Shown here in pieces: positions 43,117-54,327 of a stretch of DNA of 64,000 nt; position 1 is the first letter of the stretch, and every line of letters starts with the position of its first letter. Origin of the DNA: an uncultured bacterium (GTDB taxonomy: Bacteria; Edwardsbacteria; AC1; EtOH8). Below the pieces are notes generated by a model that saw only the letters and a list, made by a program, of their open reading frames with translations, did no database searches and was not told the origin of the DNA. The DNA lies in contig CAWAAX010000006.1 of NCBI GenBank assembly GCA_963780225.1, positions 18,136-82,135 on the forward strand. The letters are read 5' to 3'. Position numbers and translations under genes: made by a program.

Positions 43117-46100
43117 ATGAAGCTATCTCTTAAAATAGGCCTGATCACTGCCGCAGTAGCAGGCAGCATTGCCGTAAGTGTTTCGCTTAACCATAGTTTT
43201 TGGGAAGGGAAGGCCTGGCGAACAGAACTCAGATCCCATGCTGCCACCATGGCTGACATGCTGGCTTTTACCGTTCAGGAGTCGGTGTTGAAGAACGATT
43301 TTTCGGCACTGGAACAGAATATTATAAAGTTTAGCCAGCGTCTGGAAATAGCCTATGCCGTAGTCTACGACAATTCTGCCACTCCTTTGGCCGCCACCGG
43401 CGGCACGGCAAGCCGGCAGGCCATCGAACTGTATCAGGAAAATCCCAAAAAACACAAAAGAGATGTTCACAAACATGTAATTGACGGCCAGGATATTTAT
43501 GAAATGCTGATCCCGGTCAGCGTGGATGGCCGGGATTGGGGAATGTTACAGGTGGGGTTTTATGAAAATAAAATACTGGCTATTTATCACCGCACCAATA
43601 TTTTCAATTACCTGATCCTGCTGTTGGGCCTGGGGATAAGCATGGCCGCAGGTTGGTTGGTGGCGCGGTATCTGGGGGAACCAATTGAGGCCCTGATGGA
43701 AGGCGCCGATCAATTGGTTAAAAGTAACTATGACCACCGGATAAATATAAAAAGAAAAGACGAACTGGGCCGGTTGGTATCGGCCTTCAATCAGATGGCC
43801 GGTACCATCCGGCAGGATATGGTGGAGCTGGGATCCAGAAACCTTCAGCTGCTGAAGGCACAGGAAAGACAATTATGGCTGGCCCGTATCGCCGAGCAGG
43901 TAGGCGAAGGGGTGGCGGTTACTGACCTGGAAGGAATGGTAACCTTTGTAAACCATTCCTGGGCCGATATGCATGGTTATGCTCCGGAACAGTTGCTGGG
44001 CAAGCATTTCAGCATCTTTCACTCCCATGCCCAGCTGGCGCGGGAGGTGCTGCCCTTCAACCAAAAAGTGATGGGGCAGGGCCTTAACGCCGGGATCGTC
44101 GGTCATATTAAAAAAGACCGCACGGTATTCTACACCGAAACGACCATGACCCTTCTAAAAAATTACGATGGGGAAGCAGTGGGCTTTATCGGAGTGGCGC
44201 ATGATATCACCGACCAAAAGAAAGCCCAGGAAGATCTGAAAAAAGAGCGGGATGTCATCAAAAGCATATTTGCCGCCACCCCCGACGCCGTCATCATCAC
44301 CGATCTCAACGGTAATTTTATTGAAGCTAACGACAAGGCCATAGAACTGCTGGAACTTAATTCCCGGGATGAGTTGCTGGGCAAGAATTTTTCCGCCTTT
44401 ATCGCTCCTGATGACCGGAGCCTGGCCCTTCACAATTTCCAAAAGACCCTGGATTATGGGGGAGTCAGTAATATTCAGTTGGATATAGTAACCACCAAAA
44501 ACGGACAGTTCCCGTTGGAATATTCAACCAGATTGCTATACAGCAGTGAAGGCCGGCCCACTAATCTCGTGGCAGTGGGGCGCAACATTGCTTTGCGCAA
44601 AAAATCCGAACTGGCCCTGGCCGACAGCGAACAACGCTATCGCACTCTGGCGGAATCTTCGCCTGATATCATATTTGTGGCGGATCGGGACGGAACAATC
44701 AAATATGCCAATAATAAAGCCACTTCCATCGCCGGTTTGGCCGAGGGCCAGGCCAATGGCCGCAATATATCCGAATTCTTTGAGCAAGGCATGAACGACA
44801 AGCAGAAGGAACAACTGCTTGGTGTATTCACCAGCGGCAGTACCGCCCACTATGAACTACCGACGCCCATTGGCGGACGGGAGCTGTGGCTGGAAACCTG
44901 GATGGTTCCTCTGACCGATCAGACAGGCTCAGTAACAGAGGTAATGGTATTATGCCGCGATTTAACCTCCCGCAAGCGGATGGAAGAAAAGTTATTAATT
45001 TCCGAGCAAAAATACCGGGAACTGGCCGATAGCTTGCCCCAGACGGTATTTGGATGCGACGGTAAAGGGCGTATTACCTATTTTAATAAAATCGGATATC
45101 AACAATCCGGTTATGAACCCGCTGACATAGAAAATGGTCTTAACATAACTGATCTGTTGATCCCGGAGGACAGACAAAGAGCCCTTCAGAATATTGACGG
45201 GAGGATGCAAGGCCGGCCGGGCCAAAATCAGGAATACCAAGCTTTAAGAAAAGACGGAACAACGTTTCCTATAAACATTTACACCAGTCTGGTTATTGAA
45301 GATGGTTTGATCAGTGGGTTAAGGGGCGTGATAGTTGATGTCAGCGAAATCAAGAAGAGCGAGCAGGTCCTTAAGGAAAGTGAAGCCCGGTTCAGATCAT
45401 TGGCCGAAGCCAGTCCTTCCGGGATATTTGCCTACCGGGAAAAATTCATTTATGCCAATCCTGCCTGCCAGACGCTTACCGGGTATAGCCCGGACGAATT
45501 GTTTAAAATGAATTTTTGGGAATTGATCCATCCCGACCATCGGGATATGGTAAAACAAAGGGGATTGGCCCGGCAGAGGGGAGATAACGTCCCATCCAAT
45601 TATGAGTTCAAAATGATCCGCAAGGATGGCCAGGTGCGCTGGGTTGATTTTTCCGGAACCATGACCCAGTTTGACGGCCAGCTATCAGGTTTGGGAATGA
45701 CCCTGGATATAACCGAACGCAAAGGAATAGAAGAAATCCTTCAGGCTTCCGAAGCCCAATACCGCACTACCATAGATTCCATCGGCGATGCCATCCATGT
45801 GGTGGACCGCGAGCTGAACATTCTGCTGGTCAACGCCGTCTTTAAAGAGTGGTGTCATCGTCTCGGCCTGATCAAAGAACCATCCGGTTGCAATGTGTAT
45901 GAGGTGTGTCCATTTTTAAGTCCTCAGGTGCGGCAGGAATATCAGAGTGTTTTTGAAACCGGACAGCCGTCAATCACTCAGGACGAAAATATCATTTCGG
46001 GGAAATCCCTGTTTACTGAGACCAGGAAAATACCCATTTTGGAAGGCGGCCGGACCACCAAGGTCATCACGGTGATTCGGGACATCACCGAGGAAAAGGA

Positions 46101-47979
46101 AGCAGAGCGGAAACTATCGGAATCGGAATTGAAATACCAACAGGTGCTGGAAGGTGTAGCCGAGGGCATTTATCGCACCACGCCGGAGGGAAAAATACTG
46201 CTGGCCAACCAGGCTATAGTAAAAATGTTGGGATATACAACTTTGGAAGAATTAATGAACCGGGATATCAGAAGAGAAGGGTATATCGATCCCGTTTCTC
46301 ACCTCAACTTTATAGAAGAGATGAATAAAAAAGGCCAGGTAAAGAATTGGGTTAGCGAATGGAGAAAGAAAGACGGCTCAATCATGGTGGCCAGGGAAAA
46401 TGCCCATGCGGTCAAGGATCAATCGGGTAAAATCGTTTACTATGAGGGGACGGTTGAGGATATAACGGAGCAGAAAATGGCTGAGCGGAAACTGGCTGAA
46501 TCGGAGCGCAAATACAGCCAGATATTTGAAGACATCGTGGAAGGCATTTACCGGACCACACCCGAGGGGCATGTATTGCTGGCCAACCCGGCCTTGCTGA
46601 GAATGCTGGGCTTTGAAAGCCATGAACAGTTGGTAAAGTTAAATCTGAACAAAGCAGGCTATGTAGATAGCAGCGCCCGCCGCAGGTTCAAGGAACAGAT
46701 GGAACGGGACGGTCAGGTGTTAGGTTTTGAAGCCAAATGGAAGCGTAGCGACGGTAAAATAATAGTAATCAGCGAAAACGCCCGGACGGTCAAGGACGAT
46801 CAGGGCAAGGTGCTTTATTACGAGGGCACTATTGAGGACATAACCGAAAAACAAAAAGCCGAAGAAGATCTTTTAAACGAAAAAAATAAGCTGTCCGACC
46901 TGTTCCGGGTCAGCCTGCAGGTGGCCCGGGCAGGCAACATCCAGAAAAAACTGGACCTGACCATGGATGGCATATACGGTACTGGGTTGTTTGCCAGGGC
47001 GGTGCTGGTGCTCAAAAACGAAGAGGGATGCAACAGCCATATCGCTCATTTTGGCATGACCTCCAAGGAGGTTTCAGCGATTCTAAAGTCCGGTCCGGCT
47101 CAGGCCGAAAAACTGGAAAAAATATTCAATAAAAAATTCCGCTACAGTAATTCGTATTTTATTCCCCATGATTCTCCGGGGATTGATTTTTCCATTAAAC
47201 TGATAAACAAACAATATCAGCCCATCGGAGACTGGCATCCCGAAGATGCTCTGCTGGTGCCCTTGGTGGTCAAGGACAAGCATATCGGCTATTTGACGGT
47301 GGATGAGCCGATCGACGGAAAGATCCCCAGCCTGGAGATAGTCCGGTTGTTGGAGCTGTTCTCCTATCAGGCGGCGGTGGCCATAGATAATATCAGGCTC
47401 TATAGTGATCTGGAGCGGAGTTATTACAGCACCCTTAAGGCTTTTGTAGCGGCCATGGACGCCAAAGATCCATACACCAAGGGCCATTCCGAGAATGTCC
47501 GTTACCATGCATTAACTATCGCCCGCCAGCTTAAACTTCCTGAGGAGCAGGTAAAACTGATAGATTTCAGTTCGTTACTGCACGACATAGGCAAGTTGGC
47601 CATTCGGGACGAGATATTGACTAAACCCAGCCTGCTGTCCGACCACGAATACCAGGAGATAAAACTGCATCCGGTGATCGGCAGCCGTCTGGTGGCCGAG
47701 GTGGAATCATTGATAAAGGTAGCTCCCATAATCCACAGCCATCACGAGCATTACGACGGGTCGGGATATCCCCAGGGCATCAAGGGAGACCAGATTCCCC
47801 TGGAAGCCAGGATCATTGCGGTAGCAGATGCCTTTGAAGCCATGACCTCTGACCGGCCCTACCGTAAGGCCTTCGACTTGAAGGTGGCCATCAAGCGGCT
47901 GCAGGATGCGGCCGGAACCCAGTTTGATAATGAGATCGTAAAAGTATTCATTAAACTTCACCAGGAAACCCATGGATAG
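43117..47979 (+). CDS. Giant sensor c-di-GMP phosphodiesterase: periplasmic sensor-TM-HAMP, about nine PAS/PAC domains, a GAF domain, and a C-terminal HD-GYP domain
   Basis: There are repeated PAS cores. The C-terminal 'HDIGKLAIRDEIL...HHEHYDGSGYPQG' is the HD-GYP signature. Confidence 0.8.
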   Translation: MKLSLKIGLITAAVAGSIAVSVSLNHSFWEGKAWRTELRSHAATMADMLAFTVQESVLKNDFSALEQNIIKFSQRLEIAYAVVYDNSATPLAATGGTASRQAIELYQENPKKHKRDVHKHVIDGQDIYEMLIPVSVDGRDWGMLQVGFYENKILAIYHRTNIFNYLILLLGLGISMAAGWLVARYLGEPIEALMEGADQLVKSNYDHRINIKRKDELGRLVSAFNQMAGTIRQDMVELGSRNLQLLKAQERQLWLARIAEQVGEGVAVTDLEGMVTFVNHSWADMHGYAPEQLLGKHFSIFHSHAQLAREVLPFNQKVMGQGLNAGIVGHIKKDRTVFYTETTMTLLKNYDGEAVGFIGVAHDITDQKKAQEDLKKERDVIKSIFAATPDAVIITDLNGNFIEANDKAIELLELNSRDELLGKNFSAFIAPDDRSLALHNFQKTLDYGGVSNIQLDIVTTKNGQFPLEYSTRLLYSSEGRPTNLVAVGRNIALRKKSELALADSEQRYRTLAESSPDIIFVADRDGTIKYANNKATSIAGLAEGQANGRNISEFFEQGMNDKQKEQLLGVFTSGSTAHYELPTPIGGRELWLETWMVPLTDQTGSVTEVMVLCRDLTSRKRMEEKLLISEQKYRELADSLPQTVFGCDGKGRITYFNKIGYQQSGYEPADIENGLNITDLLIPEDRQRALQNIDGRMQGRPGQNQEYQALRKDGTTFPINIYTSLVIEDGLISGLRGVIVDVSEIKKSEQVLKESEARFRSLAEASPSGIFAYREKFIYANPACQTLTGYSPDELFKMNFWELIHPDHRDMVKQRGLARQRGDNVPSNYEFKMIRKDGQVRWVDFSGTMTQFDGQLSGLGMTLDITERKGIEEILQASEAQYRTTIDSIGDAIHVVDRELNILLVNAVFKEWCHRLGLIKEPSGCNVYEVCPFLSPQVRQEYQSVFETGQPSITQDENIISGKSLFTETRKIPILEGGRTTKVITVIRDITEEKEAERKLSESELKYQQVLEGVAEGIYRTTPEGKILLANQAIVKMLGYTTLEELMNRDIRREGYIDPVSHLNFIEEMNKKGQVKNWVSEWRKKDGSIMVARENAHAVKDQSGKIVYYEGTVEDITEQKMAERKLAESERKYSQIFEDIVEGIYRTTPEGHVLLANPALLRMLGFESHEQLVKLNLNKAGYVDSSARRRFKEQMERDGQVLGFEAKWKRSDGKIIVISENARTVKDDQGKVLYYEGTIEDITEKQKAEEDLLNEKNKLSDLFRVSLQVARAGNIQKKLDLTMDGIYGTGLFARAVLVLKNEEGCNSHIAHFGMTSKEVSAILKSGPAQAEKLEKIFNKKFRYSNSYFIPHDSPGIDFSIKLINKQYQPIGDWHPEDALLVPLVVKDKHIGYLTVDEPIDGKIPSLEIVRLLELFSYQAAVAIDNIRLYSDLERSYYSTLKAFVAAMDAKDPYTKGHSENVRYHALTIARQLKLPEEQVKLIDFSSLLHDIGKLAIRDEILTKPSLLSDHEYQEIKLHPVIGSRLVAEVESLIKVAPIIHSHHEHYDGSGYPQGIKGDQIPLEARIIAVADAFEAMTSDRPYRKAFDLKVAIKRLQDAAGTQFDNEIVKVFIKLHQETHG

Positions 47980-50900
47980 AAGTAAAAATAACAAAACCGA
48001 CCCCGTTCTAAGGACCGGGCGGGTTACAAAAGCCAGATCTGTAAAAACGCCGGACCGGGGGAGTTCTTCCGGGGCCCAGAGCCTGGAAAAAAGGCTGGAG
48101 GAGATCTCGGTGCTAAGCCAGATTGCCCAATCCATGGCCCGGGTAATGAATCTGGAAGAACTTTGGCCCCGGCTACACCGCGAAGTGAGCCGTTTGCTCG
48201 ATGCCCGGAATTTTTACGTGGCTTTGTGGCACCACCGGCAGGGAAAGGCAGTAGAATTCATTTATGAGATCAAAGACGGAAAACGTCTGCCAAAATCCCA
48301 AAAATCACGGGCCCGCGGACTGACCGAACTGGTGCTGGAATCGGGTAAACCACTGCTGTTAAAACATGAAGAAATAAAAAAAAGAGGCCGTCCTCTAAAA
48401 AACGGCGACCAGCCGGCTCTTTCCTGGTTGGGAGTTCCCATTCGGATCAGGGAGCATACCATGGGAATGATAGCTGTTCAGAATTACCAGCAGACCGGAC
48501 TCTACAACCTGAACCATCAGGAATTGTTAGTATCCATTGCCGGTTATGCGGCAGTAGCTTTGGAAAATTCCCGGCTGCATACGGCCGCCCTGCAAAAAGC
48601 CAAAGAAGCCGAAGCTCTGCATCAGTTGAGCGAAGCCGCAGTAACCGATGCCAATCTGGACGAACTGCTTCAGAGGATACCTTTGTTGATCAAAGAAACC
48701 TTTGGCTATTTGACTTGCGCCATCCTGCTTTCCGATCAGGAAGACAAATACTTGTATCTTAAGGCCGCAGTGGGATATCGGGCCAAAGTAATAAGGGATA
48801 CCCGCATCGCCATCGGTCGAGAAGGAATAACCGGCTGGGTAGCATCCCAGGGAAAAACCATGTATGTTCCTGATGTCAGCAAAGAGAAACGTTATTTGGA
48901 AGTAGAGAGCAACTGCCGTTCGGAAGCAGCGTTGCCTCTCAAATTCCGGGATAAGGTCATAGGGGTATTGGATATTGAGAGTTCCCGATTGGATGGATTC
49001 AGCCCCTATGACATCCGGCTTTTGGAAAATTTTGCTAACCAGGCAGCGGCAGTCATCCAGAAAATACGGCTGGAACAACTGGCCCATCAGAAAATCAAAG
49101 AGCTCGCTACTCTATCCGATATCTTTCAGGGATTTACGGTCAGTATGGGCCTGGGTGCGTTGACCGGAGAACTGACGCGGAAAATAGGCCAGGCTATGGA
49201 AAGCGATAAATGCCTGATCGCCTTGTATGATGCCGTAAGCGGTCAGTTATCTGGACTGCCCCAGGGCTTCATGACCAAGAAACTTTCTGATAAACAAAGA
49301 AAAATATTCAGAGATAAGGACGAATTAAGCCGGGCTATGCGCTTTTATTTAGATCAGGGCGGGGCGGCCACCATGGTCTTTAAGACGGGACAGCCTTATT
49401 TTACCAACCAAGTCCGAACTGATTCCAAGATCATTCAAAAACTGGCCAAAACTTATGAGATCAATAAACTCCTGATACTACCGCTGAAATCCCGGGATAA
49501 AATGCTGGGATTGATATATGTAGCCGACAAAGAAGGTGGCCGGGATTTTGACCGCAATGACGCAAAGATGGGAGAGGTTTTAGCCAGCCAAGCTGCATTA
49601 CTTTTGGACAACGCCATGCTGTACCAGAAAATGGATATGGGTTTAAAGCAGCTAACTACCCTTTACCAGATGAGTCAGGCGGTGATCAATGCTACCGATG
49701 AGAACGAAGTGATGATGCTGAGTCTCAAAATCATCGGTGACATTATCCCCGCCGATACTATTACCCTGATGTTGATCGATCCGTCCACCGGCGATTTGGT
49801 AATTAAAGCTGCCCGGGGACTTTCGGATGAAATTGAAAAACAGCCTAGGCTCAAATCGGGCCAGGGATTGGCCGGCTGGGTAACCGAGCATATGGAGCCG
49901 GTGCTGACTGCCGACCTGGGCAGCGATCCTAGGTTTGTTTTACTGCCCCAGAAAGAGAATCTGGGCGCCTCCATCCTGGTTCCGTTGCAGGCCAAGGCCC
50001 AGCTGCTGGGAGTTTTGAACATCAATAATTTCCGGGGTAATCCCCAAGAATTTACTTTGGAACAGTTGCAGTTGGCCCAGATCATGGCAAGCAGTATTGC
50101 CATGGCACTGGAAAGGACCGAGCTGGTGATAGCCTTGGACAGCCGGGCCTCGGTTCAGAAATCACTGCTGGAAACCAGCCGCCTTTTGCTGGGTTCTCTT
50201 CAAATCGAAGATGTGCTTCCCAAGATCTCGCAGGAGATCGAGCGCTTGATTCCATTTGAGAGGCTGGCCATCTATAAGGTGGATTGGGCAACCAAAAACC
50301 TTTCACCGATGATGGCGTTGGGCCCATATCAGGATGAGATAATGGCCGATACTTCGTTTTCCATGGATACAAGCATAGTTGGGAATATTGCTCAAACCGG
50401 CCGGCCGGAGATCATCCCCGATGCTCTCCGCGATGTCCGGACCAGACATATAGCCGGAACCGACGACGACTCGGAATCCTTATTGGTGGCTCCTCTTTTG
50501 GTAAATGGACGCAGTGAGGCAATGTTGTTAATCGGGCGCCCGGTGGGTCTTGGTTTTACTTCCCGGGAATTGGAGATAGCTTCGCTGTTCGCCAACCAAG
50601 CGGCGGTAGCCTGGAAGAATGCCAGCATGTTCGGGGAAATTAACCGCAACCAGGGGGAACTTTCCGAAGCCAATAGCCGGCTTAATTTGGCGCTAAAACG
50701 ACAGATTGAGGTGAATACCGAGCTTTCCACCATGCAGTATCTTTCCAGCACCATCCTTTCGTCACTAAAACTGGAAGAGATTCTTTCGGTAATAGTGGAG
50801 GGCATCAGGACCAGCCTTGGTTTTGACCGGGTATTGATCAGCAGCGCCGAGTCTGATGGCCTTAATCTGATCCACCAGGCGGCCGCAGGAATTCCTCCGG

Positions 50901-52753
50901 AAGAGTTCCAGGAAATGCAGCAAAACAAATTACCCTTGTCCGACGTTATGCCATTAATGCGGTCAGATTTCCGGATCAGCAATTCCTTCTTAGCCCCGGC
51001 TCCGGGCCAGGAACAGGTAAAACCCAAGTCTGGAGATCATCCGAAAGATTCCGGCCTTTGGCAAGAGGGCAGCCGGATTTTAACCCCGCTCTACGCCAAG
51101 AACCGCCGGATGCTGGCGTTGATTCAGATTGAGAAACCGTCGGCTGGCAGGGTTCCCGATAAAAAGAAAATCCGGTCATTGGAAGCTTTTGCCAACACCG
51201 CAGTGCTGGCCATCGAAAACGCCACTCTGTATCTGGATGCCCAGAATCGAATTACCGAGCTTTCGGTGCTTTATGAGATCGGCACCATCATCTCCTCGGT
51301 GCTGGAAAAGCACCAGCTGCTGGAAAGCGTGGTCAACCTGATTAGAGAAAAACTTCATTACCTGAAAGTGGCCATTTTTGAAGTGGAGCCCATCACCGGC
51401 AGCCTGTTCGTTGGCGGACAGAGCGGATACGAGCAAGAGTTGGAGCAGGTCCATTTTACGGTGGGCGGCAACAGCGTGGTGGGGTGGGTGGCGGAAAAAG
51501 GGCAGCCCCTGATAATTCCGGATGTTCGTCAGGAACCGCTCTATGTGGTCGGTGATCAACGGGTGCTTTCGGAGATAGCCATTCCCATCAAACGCGAGGA
51601 GCAGGTCCTGGGGGTGATGAGCATCGAGGACGATAAGTTGGACGCTTTCGACCAATCGGATGCTCAGCTTTTATCCACTTTGGCCAACCAGGTGGCAGTG
51701 GCCATGGATAACGCCCGGTTGTATGGCCAGGCACAACACCTCTATCAGGAAGCCCAGCGCAACGTTCGCGACCTTTCGGCCCTGCATAGCGTGGGCACCA
51801 CAGTCAGCTCCACCCTGCAACTGCAGGATCTGCTGCAGCAGGTTTGCAGCATTCTTAAAGACACTTTCGGTTACGCCAAAATATCTATTCTGCTGACCGA
51901 TTTCCTGCGGGATGAACTGGAACTGATGGTCAGCCTGGGGTATCCAGATAGCGTCAAGGAGACCGGCCGGAGGGTGAAGATAGGCAGCGAAGGTATCACC
52001 GGTAAAGCCGGTCTGACCGGAGAAGCAATAATCGTCAACGATGTCAGCAAGGAACCGTCTTATATCTGTATAGACCAATGCACAAGATCGGAGATGGCGG
52101 TTCCATTAAAACTCAAAGGCCGGATCATTGGTGTGATCAACGTAGAGAGTGATGCCATTGGGGATTTTGACCGGATAGACATGAATCTGTTGAACACTTT
52201 GGCCACCCAAATATCGGTGGCGGTGGAAAACGCCAGACTGTACCAGGAAACCGAGCAGCTGGCGGTAACCGATGGCCTGACCGGAGTGAACAATCATCGT
52301 TACTTCCAAAGCTTTTTTGAGCGGGAGCTCAACCGGGCCAAACGTTACAATCATCCGTTGGCTTTGATTATGCTGGATATCGACCACTTCAAAAAATTCA
52401 ACGACAAATTCGGCCATCCGGTGGGAGACCTGGTGCTTAAAACAGTGACCGAGATACTCAAACAGCAGGCCCGGGAGGTGGATCTGGTGGCCCGTTATGG
52501 GGGTGAGGAGTTTATGTTGGTGCTTCCCGAAACCGGGAAAAAAGAAGCGGTGATGCTGGCCGAACGGATCAGGCTGGCGGTTAAAAAATATCCACTGACG
52601 GATGCTCAGAACAAGCCGCTGCCCAATATCACGGTTAGCCTAGGAGTCTCCAGTTATCCGGAGAACGGCTCGGAGAAGGAGGAGATGATTGACTATGTGG
52701 ACAAATGTCTTTATAAGGCCAAAGCCGGCGGCCGCGATCTGGTAAAGCATTAG
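47972..52753 (+). CDS. Giant sensor diguanylate cyclase: about eight to nine tandem GAF domains and a C-terminal GGDEF domain
   Basis: C-terminal 'GLTGVNNHRYF...LIMLDIDHFKKFND..GH..GD..L...RYGGEEFMLVLPET' is the GGDEF signature. It overlaps the upstream gene by 8 bp. Confidence 0.8.
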   Translation: MDRSKNNKTDPVLRTGRVTKARSVKTPDRGSSSGAQSLEKRLEEISVLSQIAQSMARVMNLEELWPRLHREVSRLLDARNFYVALWHHRQGKAVEFIYEIKDGKRLPKSQKSRARGLTELVLESGKPLLLKHEEIKKRGRPLKNGDQPALSWLGVPIRIREHTMGMIAVQNYQQTGLYNLNHQELLVSIAGYAAVALENSRLHTAALQKAKEAEALHQLSEAAVTDANLDELLQRIPLLIKETFGYLTCAILLSDQEDKYLYLKAAVGYRAKVIRDTRIAIGREGITGWVASQGKTMYVPDVSKEKRYLEVESNCRSEAALPLKFRDKVIGVLDIESSRLDGFSPYDIRLLENFANQAAAVIQKIRLEQLAHQKIKELATLSDIFQGFTVSMGLGALTGELTRKIGQAMESDKCLIALYDAVSGQLSGLPQGFMTKKLSDKQRKIFRDKDELSRAMRFYLDQGGAATMVFKTGQPYFTNQVRTDSKIIQKLAKTYEINKLLILPLKSRDKMLGLIYVADKEGGRDFDRNDAKMGEVLASQAALLLDNAMLYQKMDMGLKQLTTLYQMSQAVINATDENEVMMLSLKIIGDIIPADTITLMLIDPSTGDLVIKAARGLSDEIEKQPRLKSGQGLAGWVTEHMEPVLTADLGSDPRFVLLPQKENLGASILVPLQAKAQLLGVLNINNFRGNPQEFTLEQLQLAQIMASSIAMALERTELVIALDSRASVQKSLLETSRLLLGSLQIEDVLPKISQEIERLIPFERLAIYKVDWATKNLSPMMALGPYQDEIMADTSFSMDTSIVGNIAQTGRPEIIPDALRDVRTRHIAGTDDDSESLLVAPLLVNGRSEAMLLIGRPVGLGFTSRELEIASLFANQAAVAWKNASMFGEINRNQGELSEANSRLNLALKRQIEVNTELSTMQYLSSTILSSLKLEEILSVIVEGIRTSLGFDRVLISSAESDGLNLIHQAAAGIPPEEFQEMQQNKLPLSDVMPLMRSDFRISNSFLAPAPGQEQVKPKSGDHPKDSGLWQEGSRILTPLYAKNRRMLALIQIEKPSAGRVPDKKKIRSLEAFANTAVLAIENATLYLDAQNRITELSVLYEIGTIISSVLEKHQLLESVVNLIREKLHYLKVAIFEVEPITGSLFVGGQSGYEQELEQVHFTVGGNSVVGWVAEKGQPLIIPDVRQEPLYVVGDQRVLSEIAIPIKREEQVLGVMSIEDDKLDAFDQSDAQLLSTLANQVAVAMDNARLYGQAQHLYQEAQRNVRDLSALHSVGTTVSSTLQLQDLLQQVCSILKDTFGYAKISILLTDFLRDELELMVSLGYPDSVKETGRRVKIGSEGITGKAGLTGEAIIVNDVSKEPSYICIDQCTRSEMAVPLKLKGRIIGVINVESDAIGDFDRIDMNLLNTLATQISVAVENARLYQETEQLAVTDGLTGVNNHRYFQSFFERELNRAKRYNHPLALIMLDIDHFKKFNDKFGHPVGDLVLKTVTEILKQQAREVDLVARYGGEEFMLVLPETGKKEAVMLAERIRLAVKKYPLTDAQNKPLPNITVSLGVSSYPENGSEKEEMIDYVDKCLYKAKAGGRDLVKH

Positions 52754-53047
52754 ACAGCAATGGGAACTATTATATCCGCCGGCTCCGTCGTTCATAGCCG
52801 CCTGTAATTAGTGCTTACTATGGCGCCGGACGATTCCCGTAGATTTTAATCATGCTTCATTTTTCATTAAAATCATGAGATGTCAGCACCATCAGGGGGC
52901 AGACGAAATCGAAACCAAAATAATGGAATGCAGCCAGTTCTCCGAGGGAACAGGATACATATTTGAATTAGCGGTTCCCGGTCAAGAGCTGGCACACAAA
53001 TTATAGGTTCCCTTGGATGCGATATTTAAAAATAAGGATATAACTCA

Positions 53048-54319
53048 ATGGCTTCGTTCATCAAGCCTCATTCCCGCTGGTCTCAGGTGTGGCGGGCGTA
53101 TCTTTTTATAGGGGCCTTGCTGCTGGTGGCGGTATCGCTGGTCTACACGGTGGGGCTGATCAAAAGGCTGGAATCCGAGCCCCGGATCATGTCCCGGGTA
53201 TTTGCCCGGTTCTGCATGACCGCTGCCCTGCCTGCGCCAGCCGGAGAATCGCCCGAGACCGGTATAATATTTGAAGAAGTCATCCAGAACATCAATTTCC
53301 CGGTGGTGGTAACCGACCGCCAGGGCCTGCCCATCGCCTGGCGGGGGATTGATGTCAAAGGAACGGAGTTTGACCAGCAGGTCATTCCCCTTGAAGTGGC
53401 CGAACGCTGGGAGAAACTGACGCCCGAAGAGCCGTTCTATCAACTAAAAACGGCCATCGGAGAACTGGATCACCAGAACCAGCCGATCACCATGACCCTG
53501 GGGCAGGACACCAGCAATGTGGTCACCGTCCATTACGGCCAGCCAAGCGTGTTACGGGAACTGCGGTTCATCCCCATCATCCAGTTAGTGTTGGTGGCCC
53601 TTTTTGTCTGGATCGGTTTCATAGGCTTCCGTACCATCAAGATCAACGAAGAGAGGGCGGTGTGGGTGGGCCTGGCCAAGGAAGCGGCCCATCAACTGGG
53701 CACGCCCATCTCCTCGCTTATGGGGTGGCTGACCCTGCTCAAAGACGGAGGACATCCGCCAACCGATGTGGTACCCGAGATGGAAAAGGATCTGGCCCAC
53801 CTTAACCGGGTACTGGCCCGTTTCAACCAGATCGGCTCCACTCCCAAACTGCAGACGGTGGAAGTCACCAAGTTGACCACCGAAGCGGTGGATTATTTCC
53901 GGCGCCGGGTGGCCAACATGGGCAAGGATATTTCATTTGAGGAAGATTATCAGCAGATCTGTGAAGTAGCTTTAAACGCTGAGCTTTTCTTGTGGGCGGT
54001 GGAAAACCTGATCAAGAATGCCATCGATGCCATTGATAGTCCGGGCGGCCTGATCAAGATCAAGGTCAGCCGCAACGGCCCAAAACTGGAGATCATAGTG
54101 GAGGACAATGGCCGGGGGATCAATCCCAAGAACCAACCCAAAATATTCCGGCCGGGGTTCACCACCAAGTCGGTGGGCTGGGGGCTGGGCCTTTCCCTGG
54201 TCAAAAGGATCATCGAGGATTACCACGGGGGAAGGATCAAACTGCTGTTCAGCCGGCCCGGTATCGGCACTGCTTTTATCATAAATCTGCCCCTGCCTTC
54301 CAAATCAAAATCACTTTAA
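53048..54319 (+). CDS. Sensor histidine kinase with two TM helices and a periplasmic loop
   Basis: HisKA 'AHQLGTPISSL' and HATPase 'IVEDNGRGI...GWGLGLSLVKRI'. Confidence 0.8.
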   Translation: MASFIKPHSRWSQVWRAYLFIGALLLVAVSLVYTVGLIKRLESEPRIMSRVFARFCMTAALPAPAGESPETGIIFEEVIQNINFPVVVTDRQGLPIAWRGIDVKGTEFDQQVIPLEVAERWEKLTPEEPFYQLKTAIGELDHQNQPITMTLGQDTSNVVTVHYGQPSVLRELRFIPIIQLVLVALFVWIGFIGFRTIKINEERAVWVGLAKEAAHQLGTPISSLMGWLTLLKDGGHPPTDVVPEMEKDLAHLNRVLARFNQIGSTPKLQTVEVTKLTTEAVDYFRRRVANMGKDISFEEDYQQICEVALNAELFLWAVENLIKNAIDAIDSPGGLIKIKVSRNGPKLEIIVEDNGRGINPKNQPKIFRPGFTTKSVGWGLGLSLVKRIIEDYHGGRIKLLFSRPGIGTAFIINLPLPSKSKSL

Positions 54320-54327
54320 GGACAATA

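Noticed and set aside
52990-53004. Sigma-54-like promoter TGGCAC-N5-TTAT upstream of the histidine kinase
   Set aside because: The -12 GC dinucleotide is missing (TTATA instead of TTGCA), and no enhancer-binding protein is evident, so this is not supportable.
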